In this document: positions 63,506 through 64,000 of the stretch, piece by piece
How the letters are laid out: each line of letters starts with the position of its first letter
How positions within the stretch are numbered: position 1 is the first letter of the stretch
DNA from: the human T2T-CHM13v2.0 reference genome, Homo sapiens
NCBI RefSeq assembly: GCF_009914755.1
Contig: NC_060927.1
Length of the DNA stretch: 64,000 bases
Reading direction: 5' to 3' (one strand)
Translations under genes and position numbers: made by a program
The notes under the pieces: model-generated
What the model was told of the DNA's origin: nothing
Database searches by the model: none
Seen by the model: the letters and a program-made list of their open reading frames with translations, nothing else

Positions 63506-64000
63506 TGTATCTTTTTAACTATAAACATAAACATTTCTTAGCACTTGGTCACAGGGTGGTCATGTGATACAGAGTGTGTGTTTATTAAAATGAGTATCTC
63601 CAGACAATCAGTTCTCCTACAGTACTTGTGAAACTTTAAAAATAAAGACCCAGCTTGAGAAATCATACTGTATCCCACTGCTTCTTTAAGCAATGTCTTA
63701 ACATATCTAGCAGTGCCAGGACATCAGAGATGCTAATGGAGTATTTTATTTTAGATAAAGAAACAACTATATTAAAAATACTCATCTCTAAAATGAGATC
63801 ATTTTGGGGACATATTTGAAACTGGTAAAAGAGGCAGTTGTGTATCAGCAAAAGAGAGAAGTAGATTTCTAACAGTCATCCTATAAAAGTTGAGGATAAT
63901 CAAGGCAAACATGAAAGAGAATATTAGGAGCCATAATAGAGAAGATATATGTAGTCCTCATTGTCTGGGCGTCTGTGGCATGAGATAAGAGAAAAGTATG

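Overview
This is AT-rich, repeat-dense hominoid (human or other ape) genomic DNA. It looks like a gene desert or large intron, not a microbial locus. I find no credible protein-coding gene, RNA gene or CRISPR array. The listed ORFs are chance ORFs, Alu/LTR read-throughs or decayed L1 ORF2 pieces. The window is a layered record of transposons: old MIR/L2/L1M/LTR33/ERVL fossils, Tigger1/Tigger2/MER58 DNA transposons, MaLR and ERV1 solo LTRs, about 14 Alus, an internally deleted L1PB1 and a 5'-truncated SVA. Many insertions have readable target-site duplications (TSDs). Family names come from recalled consensus sequences, not a database run, so subfamily calls are tentative. I cannot support a claim of a new biological system. 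The most unusual structures are: (i) a ~335-bp copy of unique DNA from 3.5 kb upstream pasted into the middle of an Alu without a TSD or poly(A); (ii) an L1PB1 with both ends but its 5'UTR fused directly to the RT domain; (iii) an unexplained 84-bp direct repeat at exactly 1000-bp spacing; (iv) a tail-to-tail inverted Alu pair; (v) an ERV-L fossil carrying four nested insertions.
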